A stretch of 64,000 nt of DNA from Torpedo marmorata (GCA_977017645.1 OZ360223.1:215574001-215638000); one strand, 5' to 3'. Counted from the stretch's first letter, positions 24,661-37,449 are shown. The notes: generated from the sequence alone by a model not told the origin. Program-made: numbers and translations.

Positions 24661-27600
24661 CTGAAAGAACTCGTCCACCCTTGTAGCTCATGGTGTTCTC
24701 TCCGTTTAAATCCCCAGCTAATCGGACATTTCCTGACTCTGGTCGTAGCGGGAAGGGTGAGAAATCTCCTGGGGCTGCTCTCTGGAGATGGATTCGATGC
24801 TCAGTTTGGGCTTGGTGTTTCTGTGAAAGCGCCACCCTCTGCTCTGCAACATGCCGTGGGACTCCCTTCCAGAAGTCTTCTGCAGCCACTTCCTGGAGCG
24901 AGCCTCTCGGTCCTGTTCTTTCATGCAAAACACCAAAGAACACATCCGTCCCCAATCCTCGATCTCAGGAAAATAAAAACACCCACGGGCCAGTGACGAA
25001 GGCACTCAAAAACATAACAGGCAAAGGGAATTCCCCAAAGAGGGGTTACCCTGGGAAACAGAGAGACCCCGAATAGCTCGAGGACCGCTGACCCTTCGCT
25101 TTCCTCCTTTGGTGAACAGCTTCCCTTTAGCCGCGGGCACACACGCATGATTCAGTGGAAACAAATGCACCGAATCCAAATAGTTTCTACATAACCCATG
25201 CGAGTGCGTGCGCTAATGTGTGAACGTGAATGACTGAGTGTGAGACCGCGTGGAGGATGATGTCGAAGTGAATGCGCGCTCCAGTGGAAAAAAATACTCG
25301 AGTCACAAACACCTTAGGTTTCAGCTTCAGATGTTCTGGTTTAGGTTAGTTTAATCTGAAAGGGCAAGAGAGATGTCACTAATTGTAGTAAAAATTCAAT
25401 GCTGGAGAAACTCAGCTGGTCAAACAGTGTAGTTTATGTAGCAAAGATAAAGAAGCATAACCAACGTTTCGGGCTTAAGCCCTTTCAGAACAAATTCTAT
25501 TAAACTGCCCAAAAACCTAGTTTAACATTTCGAATTTGAAATATAAACTCTTCATTATTGGCACTTGGACCCTTATATCAAAGTGCTCATTAATATTGAG
25601 AGGGTTGTTGAAATAACATGCATCTGTCTCTGTGAAGAATGCGAAAACCAAGATGCAAATTATACAGAAATGCGACAATGAACAATGTTCTTTTTTTTAC
25701 TCAAGTTTAAAAAGGTCAATTTAACGCCATTTTTGCAAACAGATTTCGTGATTTTTTGAGCTCCTATTAAGGTGGTTTCTTAGCACGAGTATAGATGGGG
25801 AACCGATTTATTCAAGTACGTTAGAAGTTCCAGAAAGGCAAACTATCTTTTTTTTAAAACTTAAATTTGGTTGGATCATTGAAACACGCGGAGCCGAGCC
25901 TTGAACAACGGGCGTAACCGCTGCTCACCAACGGCTCAGCTGTTTCCCGAGATCATTCAGGAATGAGAATTTGGATATTTTATTTGGGCTGGGGGGGAAG
26001 GGGGTTAAAAAGATGCTGGATTAAACTGAGAGTTGGCCACGCTGCTCGTCTCCGACGCCGAGCCACCTCCCCTCCCTCCCTTGCTCGGTATCAGGTTCCA
26101 CTCACAGAATTGTCTGACCACGCTGAATTTCTGCCGACCTCGTCACCTGTTCCCGCACAACGCAGACCAGTCAGTGCCCAGCAACATCTCTCCAGAAACC
26201 CAACGCATCTTTCGTCACGGCGAAACCCCTCTTTCAAGAAACTGGCCGACATCTCGGACAACCCAGAACTTCGGAGAGAGAAAAAAGGAAAAACTACAAA
26301 TTCTGGAATTTCGAGCAAGCAATGAGCTGCTGGAGGAACTCAGCGGGTCAGTAAAACGTTTCTGGTCTCGATAAAGTGTCCCGCCACGAAACGTTGACTG
26401 ACCAGTTCTGCCATTGGACGCTGCCTGTCCCACTGAGTTCCTTCAACAACTCATGTTCAGAACCTGGAATATTACCTAGAAACCAGACATCACAGGAAAT
26501 TCGATTCCCTCGCCCCACCATCCACCTCCTCGTGTACACAACCACTTTGGCGCAACGTAGAACGGAGTCCAACAACACATGGCACATTTATTTTGTCCTT
26601 GAAGAAGCAAAAGGTTCATCCAGGAGAGATTCATCCTCACAATAAGCAATTCCAATCATTCATTCGGGTTTCTAACTCTAGATTGCCCCACTCAGAAATT
26701 CTGGCCATGTAGATTCAAAACGGGTTATGCAAAAGTCACTCTCAATGCAAAACCACATCCTACCTATGCCCACAACTCTATCCGTCAGCCAGAGTCTCAC
26801 TCTTCCAAGAGTTAGGTCAGCGTTCATAGAATCTGTTAACTCATTAGAAATACACGTGATGTCAACCCCAAACAACACCGAAACAAAACTCCCTTCGCTT
26901 TTTGGCAGATTCCGCCTGACCTGCTGAATGATTCCAGCATTTTGCTGCAGCAAGTCTTTCTACTGTCAACGTTTCAGCCAAATAATACCATCTTTCAAAG
27001 TTCATCACCAAAGTAATGGCTTTTCAATAACCAACCCAAGTTGCTCACCACCAGTACTGAGGTTCACCCCCATCCTCCCTGAAAACGGCAGAACCGAGAC
27101 AGGTTTTCCTAATGGACCCAAATTGCCATTAATTCGTTAGCAATCTGCCAGTTAACGTGTTTTAAAATGAAGAACGTAGACACCAACACAGATTCGGATT
27201 AACTACCAACCGGGGCCCTAAACTGAGTTTTAGTAAGGCCCCCCTAACCTTGCCCCCTACCCCCACCATTCGTTGAATAGAATAGAGTGAAATTGTTCCA
27301 TTCATTAGCCTATGGTCGTGATGCCCTCACATATTCTAAATTTATCCGCCGCGTATGTGCTGGGAACGCACCAGTTGGTGTTTGGTTGCGGAATCGGACA
27401 TTTTGGCGTCCGCAGTTTGGTGCTGGCTCTCGCATTTGGCGACGGACATGGCATGTAATTTATTATAATTTTCATTAAATATAATAAACATTAAGCATTG
27501 ATTAAAATGGTTTCTTGGCACTAACAGTTAGGCTACAACAATTTATTCACTTATATTTATTATGAAGCGAGGAGCGGCGCTTCGCAGGGCCGGTGCCAGA

Positions 27601-27706
27601 CTCTTTTGCGCCCTTGGCAAGGCCAACTACTCGAACATCCACAACTACCCCCCCCCCCCACAAAAAAAATTGCCAACTTCGATTTTCAAAAACAGATGTT
27701 TTGTAG

Positions 27707-28833
27707 TGTTACGAACTAACAAACCCTGTTAGTACTAACAAAGGAACAGCAATGGAATATGCATCAGACAATGGTAAATTCAAAAATAGTTTTTATTTAA
27801 ACTATTAATAACATAACACATCTTACTTAACTCTAAACTTAACTCTAACTTAAACCCCATTATGCGCAAATGTAAATGTGTGTTTAAACTTGAATCTGAA
27901 AAAGTCGATTTTTAAAGTCTAGTTACAAACTTCGTTTGTTGAACTTCAGGATCCCTTTAAATTGTGATTCAGAAATTATTATAAAGCAAGAATGGAGTAT
28001 TCAATTTCTTTCAAACTCACACATCTTTTGATGTTGTCTTTCAGAGATAGTCTTCATACGAATGTGTTCACAAATTTCCCCCTATCTTGCTAAGGTTACG
28101 GAACTGTGATCTTCAAGATGATTTCTTTCTTAATCAAGAGTAACATGCAGTGATGTCCTCTTTTCTTAGAAGCAATTTGAAAGTGGTTTTACTTATTTTA
28201 AAAGCCACTTATTATGTATTTCCTATGATAAGGATAATACACAGAGACAGTACCTCTATCCATTCAGAGATCACTGCTCAAATCCTGACTTTCCAGGAAG
28301 TCAATTTTCTTCAGAATGCTTCAAAATCTTTGTCTTTCCAAAGTGTCAGAGTTTCTCCAGTCCGGTTCAGTTTGTTTCAAAATGTCTGATTTCTTCAATA
28401 ATATGGGTCTCTGACATCATGTGACATTACATCATCAATGACATCAGTCTGAATTCTTGGAAACCATGTGACCACTTCCTGGAATCTTTACAGTTGCCAG
28501 CTCCAGTTTCTTGGAAACCATGTGACCTTCATAACTCTGTTCCAAGAGGCTTAAGTGGTTTATGGTTCCGGAAAGTACACAAAAATGCTTTTAAGCAACC
28601 ACCCATTGTCCTTGAGTTTCAATTAAAAACCACTTCAGTTTTTATGGCTTTTGTCTTTCAAGACGCATCGACTCCGAAAACTCCCAGCTGCAATTTCTTT
28701 CTCTCAGTGATGGTTTTTTTCTGCAAATGTGCTGTGACCTGTGTGTGACCCTCTACCAGCCCACAACTAACCTTACTAAGATATATAATTCTATAACTTA
28801 ACTTTAAATATTAACATTAACGCATCCATTACA
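27707..28833 (-). repeat. 3' LTR
   Basis: TGTTACGAAC...ATTACA, a direct repeat of 34257-35391. Confidence 0.95.
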
Positions 28834-28846
28834 CCTCCTTTCCACT
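28834..28846 (-). promoter_or_regulatory. Polypurine tract
   Basis: Minus strand AGTGGAAAGGAGG immediately precedes the 3' LTR. Confidence 0.8.
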
Positions 28847-28929
28847 GAGAAAATTTTGAACTTCTAAAAGGTCAAAATTTTATATTGCAATCTACACAAC
28901 ATGATACAAACAGATATTGCAGAAATAAC

Positions 28930-29672
28930 AAGTAAATTCAACATCTGGACAGGCAATCAGCAATGACATTGTCTCTGCCCCTATTATGTGTTATAACCAA
29001 GTCATATTCTTGTAAAATTAAACTCCAGTGCAATAATCATCTATTCTTAATTTTACTCAAAAACACCAACAGATTATGGTCAGTGTACACAATAATTGAT
29101 CCCAGAGCAGTGCAAACATATACTTCAAAATGTTGCAAAGCCCACACAAGAGACAATAATTCCTTTTCAATAGTGGAATAATTCTTTTGGTGTTGATTGA
29201 ATTTTTTAGATACATAAGCCACTGGATTTTCAATATTATCATAGTCACTCTTCTTTAAATGATTAGTCAGAGGAATGGCAATGTCAACAAAATTTTTACA
29301 GAACTTTCTGTAGTACCCAACCATTCCTATAAATCTCCTCACAACTTTCTTACCCATGGGTACAAGAAATTCAATAATTGTCTGAACTTTATCTTGAACA
29401 AGCGCCACTTTTCCTTGGCCAACAACATAACCAAGATAAGTCACCTTAGCATGACAAAATTCATTTTTAGCTAAATTAACAGTAAGATTGGCTTTCAAAA
29501 GTTTATCAAACAATTTCTCTAACGCAGAGAAGTGTTCTTCCCATGTATCATTCCCTGTAACCAAGTCATCAATATAAGCATCTGTATGTTTTAAATCTTG
29601 AGTCCTTTGAAATGTTCCTGGAGCATTCTTCATTCCAAATGGTAAAACGTTGTACTCATATAAACCTGATGG
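28930..29672 (-). pseudogene. Gypsy pol: RT C-terminal half and RNase H
   Basis: LPFGMKNAPGTFQR...AYIDDL...YLGYVVG...FIGMVGYYRKF...NYSTIEKELL...YTDHNLL, then GRDNVIADCLSRC. Internal deletions. Confidence 0.92.
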
Positions 29673-30562
29673 ACTACGGGATAAATATGGAATACCCAAT
29701 AACACTTCTTTTTGTTATTTTCAATTAAGAGGTTATTTAAGAGAAAAACTAGGTGCAGATATGTTGGTACAAGATTGTAGTGAGGTAGAAATTCTTATTA
29801 GGAAAGGAAATATTAAAAAATTTACTTCTATAATGTATTCTTTGCTACAAGGGGGAACTTTAAAACAAGGACTTCATAAGTCTAGACAAAGATGGGAGCA
29901 AGATCTTAATGTTACAATTGATGAAAAAAGATGGTCGGATTTATGTCAAGACAGTATGATTAATACTGTTAATGTAAGATATAGATTAGTTATCTACATA
30001 TCAATTGAAATTTGTAAAAATGGCTTTAGCAGTAGCAAGGAAGTGTATAGCAGTAACTTGGAAATCAGATATAAGTTTAAGTATGGATAGGTGGAATTCA
30101 GAGATGCGGAGCTGTATTCCTTTGGAAAGAATAACATATAATATGAGAAACAAATATGGGATATTTTTGCAAATTTGGCGTCCATATATCCAATTATTAG
30201 GTATGAATATTTGAATGTGTTGCTCTACATCCTGGACCCTATTGACTCTCTCAAACTTAAAGAATAAATACTGTTGAATACCACACGTCGAGCCGTGGAC
30301 CCAGCAGCGATCCGTTCAGTTGTATTGGATAAGAAATATTAATGCCTTCTTTTCTATTTTTTCTTTTAGTTTTTAGAAGGGGAGGGAATTAAGGGAGGGG
30401 AAGGGTGGAGGGTGGGCAACTTTATAGAGGGTGGGTTATGAGAGGGGTTAGATACACTGTAATACAAATTATGTTTTTTTATGTACCGGAATTAATGATG
30501 TATACTACGTATGTTGTATTACTGTGAAAAAATTTAAAATTTAAAATAAAATATATTAAAAA
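29673..30562 (+). mobile_element. L1 LINE 3' fragment inserted antisense in the Gypsy RT
   Basis: ORF2 C-terminal peptides (YFQLRGYL..., ALAVARKCIAVTWKSD...LQIWRPY), G-rich 3'UTR, AATAAA and A tail. 11-bp TSD AAACCTGATGG (29662-29672, 30563-30573). Confidence 0.92.
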
Positions 30563-32140
30563 AAACCTGATGGGGTTACAAAAGCAGAAATTTCCCTTCC
30601 TTTTTCTGTTAAGGGAACACACCAGTAACCTTTTAATAAATCTATCTTTGTAATAAAGGTAGCTTTTCCAATCTTATCCACACAATCATCCACCCTAGGG
30701 ATAGGATAAACATCTGTTTTTGTCATTGCATTAACTTTTCTATAATCAGTGCAAAATCTAACTGTCCCATCTGATTTAGGTACCAAAACACAAGGTGAAC
30801 TCCAATCTAAAGTAGAATGTCTAATAAAATATTATTCTTTAACATGTACTCAATCTCTTGATCTACCTGTTTACATTTTTCAATATTCATTCTGTATGGA
30901 TGCTGTTTGATAGGATTTGCATCTCCATCATCAACATCGTGGCAAGCTCTCTGTGGCACATCCAGAAATAAATTTCTGTATTTTAAAATCAACTGTCTTA
31001 TTTGTTCCTTTTCCTGAGGTTTCAAATGAGCCAACTTCTCAACCAAATTTTCCAATATTCTTGAATTAAGTAAACGAGCTGGAACAATATTCTCTTTAAA
31101 ATGACTCTCACAACAATCAGCTTGTATGGTCTCATGATCCATAACCTCCTCAATTTTCTCCACAACCAATAACTCTGATGTAAGGTGCTTCTGGCTAACA
31201 TCCATATTCTCAAAATAAGGTTTTAACATGTTAACGTGGCAACTCTGTGTTTTCCGCCTCCTATCAGGAGTTTTAACCACATACTTAACTTCATTTACCT
31301 TAGATTCTATTTCATAAGGTCCTGAAATTTTTTCTCTAAGAGGATTAGAAATTGTTGTAAAAAAAATTAACACCTTATCCCCTGGTTTAAAAATTCTCTC
31401 TCTGGCTTTTCTGTCATACCAAACCTTCATATCATCTTGAGCCATTTTTAAATTCTCCTTAGCTATTTTACAGAACTTCTGTAAATAACCTTTGAACTTT
31501 GAAACATAATCTAATAACCCACTGTTCTTTCAACAACATTAAAGGTCCCCTAACCTCATGTCCAAACACCCTCAAAATGACTAATACCTAACAATTCGTG
31601 TACCGTTTCCTTTACTGCAAACAAAAGTAAATGAACACCTTCATCCCAGTCCTTCTCATTCTCTAAACAATAAGTTCTCGTCATAGTTTTTAGTCGAATG
31701 GAATCTCTCCAAAGCTCCCTGAGATTCTGGGTGATATGCAGATGATGTAATTTGCTTAGCTCCCAATTATAAACTAACTGTTGAAATACACCTGACATAA
31801 AGTTACTCCCTTGATCTGACTGTATCTTTTTAGGCAACCCAAATGAAGTGAAAAAGCCCCAGACACAGTTTTTGCTTTAATATTCCTAAGTGGTATTGCC
31901 TCAGGAAACCTGGAAGCTACACACATAATGGTCAACAAATATTCATTTCCAGCTTTTGTTTTGGACAATGGATCAACACAATCCACAATAACTTTAGAAA
32001 AAGGTTCCCCAAAAACTGGAATAGGTTTTAATGGAGCAACTGGTGGACTCTGATTAGGTTTCCCCACAACCTGACAAGTGTGACATGTCCTACATCTTTT
32101 CTTAAATTAGGCCAATAAAATTGTTTCATAATTTTATAAT
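30563..32140 (-). pseudogene. Gypsy pol: integrase, linker and RT N-terminal half
   Basis: Zinc-finger remnant (FYWP...CHTCQVVGKPNQ), rve core (VIVDCV..., IQSDQGSNF), ISGPYEI...CHVNMLKPY, then PIKQHPYR and VPKSDGTVRFCTDYRKVN...IDLLKGYW. Several frameshifts. Confidence 0.92.
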
Positions 32141-33920
32141 TGCATCATAGTGCAATTAACATTCATATTATAACCATCTTACGACATTACTATAAAAAAT
32201 TATAAATAATAGTTCACGAAAAGTAAGGCAGTGTCTTTGGTTCATTGGTTATTCAGGAATCTGATGGCAGCGGGGAAGAAGCTGTCCTTGTGCCGTTGAG
32301 TGCTCATCTTTAGGCTCCTGTACCTTTTTCCCGATGGTAGCAGAGTGAAGAGGGTATGGCCTGGGTGGTGGGGGTCTTTGAGGATAGAGGCTGCTTTTTT
32401 AAGACACCGCCTCATGTAGATGTCCTCGATGTAGTGAAGGCCGAGTTAACAACCCTCTGGAGTTTACTCTTGTCCTGAGAGTTGGCGCCTCCATACCAGG
32501 CAGTGATGCAACCAGCCAGAATGCTCTCCACGGTACACCTGTAGAAGTTTACGAGAGTCTTCGGTGACATACCGAATCTCCGCAAACACCTCACAAAGTA
32601 TAGCCGCTGACGAGCCTTCTTTGTGATTGCATCAACATGGAGGCTCCAGGACAGATCCTCGGAGATGTTGACACCCAGGAATTTGACGTTCTTGACCCTC
32701 TCCACTACTGAGCCCTCAATGAGGACTGGGTCGTGTTCCACTGACTTCCTCCTGAAGTCCACAATCATCTCCTTGGTTTTGCTGACGTTGAGCTCAAGGT
32801 TGTTGTCGTTACACCATTCAATGAGCTGATCTATCTCCCTCCTGTACGCTTCCTCATTGCCGTTTGTGATTCTGCTGACAACTGTGGTATCATCGGCAAA
32901 CTGGTAGATGGCTTTGGAATTGTGCCTGGCCACACAGTCATGGGTGTATAACGAGTAGAGCAGTGGGCTAAGCACGCATCCTTGGTGTGCGCCTGTGTTG
33001 ATAATCAGTGAGGAGGAGACATTGTTTCCAATTCGTATTGACTGTGGTCTTCCGGTGAGAAAGTCAAGGATCCAGTTGCAGGGTGGGGTACAGAGGCCTA
33101 GAGTTTGTAGCTTCTTGACCAGCACTGAGGGAATAATGGTATTGAAGGCCGAGCTGTAGTCGATGAAGAGCAGCCGTATGTATGAATTGCTGTTTTCGAG
33201 GTGATCCAGAGCTGAGTGGAGAGCCAGCGATATTGCATCTGCTGTGGAGCGATTGTGACGATAGGCGAATTGCAGTGGGTCCAGATCTTTGCTTAGGTAC
33301 GTGTTAATTCTGGCCATGACCAGCCTCTCAAAGCATTCCATCACAGTAGAAGTTAGTGCTACTGGGCGGTAGTTGTTGAGGCAGCCCACACTACTCTTCT
33401 TTTGTACCGGGATGATTGATGCCCTTTTGAAGCAGGTGGGAACCTTTGACTGCCACAGAGGTTGAAAATGTCCGTGAACACTCCGGCTAGTTGGTTGGCG
33501 CAGATTTTCAGTACCCTGCCAGGTACGCCGTCAGGGCCTGACGCCTTGCGAGGGTTCACCCTCTTCAATGATGTTCTGACGTCGCCATCAGAGACAGATA
33601 TCACAGGGTCCTCAGCCTTTTCAGGGATTCTAGTAGGCACTGTTTGGTTCTTCTTCTCAAAGCGGGCAGAGAAGGTGTTCACCTCATCGGGTAGTGAAGC
33701 ATCACAGCCGCCTATAGTGTTCGCCCTCGCTTTGTAGGCTGTAATGGCCTGCACTCCCTGCCATAGCTGGCGTGTATCTGTCTCTGTCTCCAGCTTCCTC
33801 CGGAATTGCCACTTTGCTTCAGAGATGGCCTTCCGCAGGTCGTGCCTGGACTTCTTATAAAGATCCCGGTCCTCGGCCTTAAACGACCTTACTCTCACCC
33901 TCAGCAGGTTGCGAATTCTC
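32141..33920 (-). mobile_element. Rex1/Babar LINE (RT region) nested in the Gypsy element
   Basis: ORFs 33359-33967 and 32412-33389 read KASGPDGVP...YRPVALTS...DYSSAFNTI...[11 protein letters not shown]...QFADDTT...FLGVNIS. The 3'UTR matches 49228-49440 but lacks the terminal tail. Confidence 0.92.
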
Positions 33921-34133
33921 AACCCTCTGCAACTCTGCAGAGCTTGGCAATTCCAAAAGCTTATCAAGTCTCATTTGGAAAGTTTCACTTGGCCCACACT
34001 TAGTTTTGGGGTTTAAAACATAATCATCTACAATTTTTGCAGACTTTGACCAAGTCTCCACTTTCAAATCTACACCACTTGGTGTGACCAAACATTTACC
34101 AAAACCCATTGCTGCTATTTTGTTTACACACAC
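33921..34133 (-). pseudogene. Internally deleted gag remnant
   Basis: Lies just downstream of the PBS and leader. Peptide ETWSKSAKIVDDYVLNPK resembles the end of the capsid (SCAN-related) region of Gmr1-type Gag, from memory. Confidence 0.45.
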
Positions 34134-34234
34134 ACAATAAGCCTTTTAATTAGCTTTCAAAATATTTTTAACCAACAAATCGAATTTTAATCAATCAAAT
34201 AAGCTCTCATTAAGCTCATAAATCTTTGGTAGAA

Positions 34235-34252
34235 ATCCCGGACGAGCCCCCA
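34235..34252 (-). promoter_or_regulatory. Primer binding site, tRNA-Pro
   Basis: Minus strand TGGGGGCTCGTCCGGGAT is the 18-nt complement of the tRNA-Pro 3' end, 4 nt inside the 5' LTR boundary. Confidence 0.93.
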
Positions 34253-34256
34253 ATTT

Positions 34257-35391
34257 TGTTACGAACTAACAAACCCTGTTAGTACTAACAAAGGAACAGC
34301 AATGAAATATGCATCAGACAATGGTAAATTCAAAAATAGTTTTTATTTAAACTATTAATAACATAACATATCTTACTTATCTCTAAACTTAACTCTAACT
34401 TAAACCCCACTATGCGCAAATGTAAATGTGCGTGTGTTTAAACTTGAATCTGAAAAAGTCAATTTTAAAGTCCAGTTTCAAACTTCTTTTGTTGAACTTC
34501 AGGATCCCTTTAAATTGTGATTCAGAAGTTATTATAAAGCAAGAATGGAGCATTCAATTTCTTTCAAACTCACACGTCTTTTGATGAGTTATCTTTCAGA
34601 GATAGTCTTCATACGAGTGTGTTCACAAATTTCCCCCTATCTTGTTAGGGTTACGGAACTGTGATCTTCAAGATGATTTATTTCTTAATCAAGAGTAACA
34701 TGCGGTGATGTCCTCTTTTCTTAGAAGCAATTTGAAAGTGGTTTTACTTATTTTAAAAGCCACATATTATGTATTTCCTATGATAAGGATAATACACAGA
34801 GACAGTACCTCTATCCATTCAGAGATCACTGCTCAAATCCTGACTTTCCAGGAAGTCAATTTTCTTCAGAATGCTTCAAAATCTTTGTCTTTCCAAAGTG
34901 TCAGAGTTTCTCCAGTCTGGTTCAGTCTGTTTCAAAATGTCTGATTTCTTCAATAATATGGGTCTCTGACATCATGTGACATTACATCATCAATGACATC
35001 AGTCTGAATTCTTGGAAACCATGTGACCACTTCCTGGAATCTTTGCAGTTGCCAGCTCCAGTTTCTTGGAAACCATGTGACCTTCATAACTCTGTTCCAA
35101 GAGGCTTAAGTGGTTTATGATTCCAGAAAGTACACAAAAATGCATTTAAGCAACCACCCATTGTCCTTGAGTTTCAATTAAAAACCACTTCAGTTTTTAT
35201 GGCTTTTGTCTTTCAAGACCCGTCGACTCCGAAAACTCCCAGCTGCAATTTCTTTCTCTCAGTAATTTTTTTCTGCAAATGTGCTGTGACCTGTGTGTGA
35301 CCCTGTACCAGCCCACAACGAACCTTACTAAGATATATAATTCTATAACTTAACATTAAATATTAATATTAACATTAACACATCTATTACA
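34257..35391 (-). repeat. 5' LTR
   Basis: Direct repeat of 27707-28833 with roughly 35-40 differences counted by eye. Confidence 0.95.
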
Positions 35392-35523
35392 GTAGAAAAA
35401 ATGAAAAAGCACAAAACTTGAAACTGCTAAATTTATTTTAAATTGCAAGAATAAGTAATATATCAATCTTTGATTATCTTTCTCAAATACAAAAGAAAAC
35501 ATTTTGGCACACAAATCATTTTG

Positions 35524-35742
35524 AACTAAAGGGCACTCGGTAGAATGCATACCTCCGCCAAGGGCAACACAACATTAAAACCTTTTACTTCACACACCTT
35601 TAAGTCTTTATACCTTTTAAGGTTACTTGGTGTAACCAACCCGTCATGTTAGGACAATATTTTGCTTACAGGCAGACAAAGAAACAAACAAAAAACAGAC
35701 AAACAGGGTTAAAAACGTAACCTCTTTGTCGGAGGTAATAAT
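35524..35742. mobile_element. HINE/Helentron-like non-autonomous element inside the hAT
   Basis: Subterminal inverted repeat TACCTCCGCCAAG (~35550) vs TTTGTCGGAGGTA (~35725), terminal stem-loop ACCTC-TTTGTCG-GAGGT, and a degenerate ACAG/AAAC microsatellite at 35668-35705. Confidence 0.5.
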
Positions 35743-35798
35743 CTTGTGAATTGTGTTGTTAAAATTTAAGTCTCATAAAAGTTTCAATTTCAGGCACA

Positions 35799-36160
35799 TC
35801 AGAATCTCACTTTTCGAGCCTTTTCCTTTGCAAATTTTGTCACCAATTCAATCAGATCAAGTGCTGATGCCTGGGCATGTTCAATTGATATAGTTGCCAA
35901 GCCATCTAGTCTCTGTTGCAACATTGTTGAGCGTATGTAAGTTTTTATAAGTTTGTGCTTTGAGAAACTACGTTCACCACTTGCCATTGATACTGAAAGT
36001 GTGAGAAGGATCCTTAGAGCAACAGAAACAATGGGCACATTATCCAGGAGTTTTTGTTGTAGTATGAAGCGAAGTACTCCTTGTGGCGGCATAGACATTG
36101 GAAGTCTTCGAGCTATTGCTATAAGTTCACAACACAGATCTTCAGCATCTATATCTTTCT
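35799..36160 (-). pseudogene. hAT transposase C-terminal (dimerisation domain) remnant
   Basis: VALRILLTLSVSMASGERSFSKHKLIKTYIRSTMLQQRLDGLATISIE...FAKEKARK. Confidence 0.9.
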
Positions 36161-37449
36161 AAATTAAGATAATTTAAGTTTTTATTCTGAATAGATTATC
36201 CAAATTTCACAACACTGATGTGAAAGTTTCATATGACAGGACTATTCCTTCAAACTGTTCTGCTATTTCCCTCTAAAGTCACAGCAGCACATCTATAAGA
36301 GCATAAGAAGGTGTTGAAACCCACAGTTATTACACCACTTTGAAATCTTCATTTGTATAAGTACCTACATGAATGTAACAAGAAAATGCCCGTGTACTTT
36401 CATGTCAGTAAGATTTGTTGCATTTCATCCTCTGTGGCATTCAGGTAGTGAAGAGCTCCTACTTTACCTGAGTCTGACCCTGCATTCAAAAGGATGTTTT
36501 GGTTCAGAGTTGAAACAGTAGGAGTTTGTCTTTTATTGGAAGCCATGGAAGGGTCTCTGCAGTTACCTTAACATTATGCTTTGAAGTGAAACCTTTGAGT
36601 GACAGAGGATTTTTTTTGTTTATTTTAATTCTCCAAGTAAATGACATGAAGGCATTTCTGCTTTCCAACAGGCAGCAAAGCGATAGGGTCTCGAGACAGT
36701 TTTTATACTGGCTGTAAAATGCTGGGCTGGCATTGTCCATACAATGGACATCACTCATCAATTACCATTTGACTTTGCTTTAATGCTTGTTCAAGGGAAA
36801 TGGGTGGGGAATAATAGCATTGAATTTGTCTATTCACTATTTGGTTATGATGCATGTACAATGTTTGCATGCAGGTGGGAAAAACTCACTTATATTCCAT
36901 CTACTTTCTCCAAAGTGAAGTCCCTTTTCAGAATAGTCAAAGCATTCAAACAATCGTCAAAAGAAATTTTAGTTTGAGCAGCGATGTTTCCTGCTAGTGA
37001 CATTGACTGATTTTATTTTTGCGACGGCTGATGCAGATACCAATGATGGTTCAATTTTGCTATGTATTATGCAGTTTCTGTTTAACTTTTTGTTAATACT
37101 TGCAAAAGTTTACATTTGAGCATAGAATTTCCACTATATTACACATCCCATGTAAAATTCAAATGAATCTACTAGAAAGTGTTAAAAGTCAGATGACTGA
37201 TGGTTTAGATTTGGGTTTAAACAATTCAATGCAATACAGTACCAGAAACTGGGTACTTAAACAATTGTCACGTTATTTTAGATGTCAATTTGCTACAATT
37301 ACGGTGCGGAATAAATTCACCCACATATTATCAAACAAAACATCCAACTCACCAATAGAAAACTGCAGTTCAAGTGAATGTGTCATTATTAATATTAATA
37401 GGCCTGGGTTTCTTTTGAAATTAGATTTCAGTTTGAGTGTCTTTAATTC

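Larger units (their letters stand above)
19440..27440. promoter_or_regulatory. Extended CpG-retaining domain (candidate hypomethylated regulatory region or promoter)
   Basis: CG dinucleotides are visibly frequent in unique sequence here (e.g. 20130-20160, 24470-24620, 25130-25280) and rare in the flanks. Not computed. Confidence 0.55.
27707..35391 (-). mobile_element. Gmr1-like Ty3/Gypsy LTR retrotransposon, defective provirus
   Basis: Two ~1.13-kb LTRs, 4-bp TSD GTAG (27703-27706, 35392-35395), PBS, PPT, and pol remnants in the order IN-RT-RNase H. Confidence 0.93.

Noticed and set aside
24503-26645. Overlapping 75-150 aa ORFs in the GC-rich region
   Set aside because: Expected from the higher GC content. 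They occur on both strands, have no domain motifs, and partly overlap Penelope ends.
28150-28389. Duplicated 79-aa ORF (also 34705-34944)
   Set aside because: It is duplicated only because it lies in the two LTRs. It is antisense to the element and has no recognisable domain.
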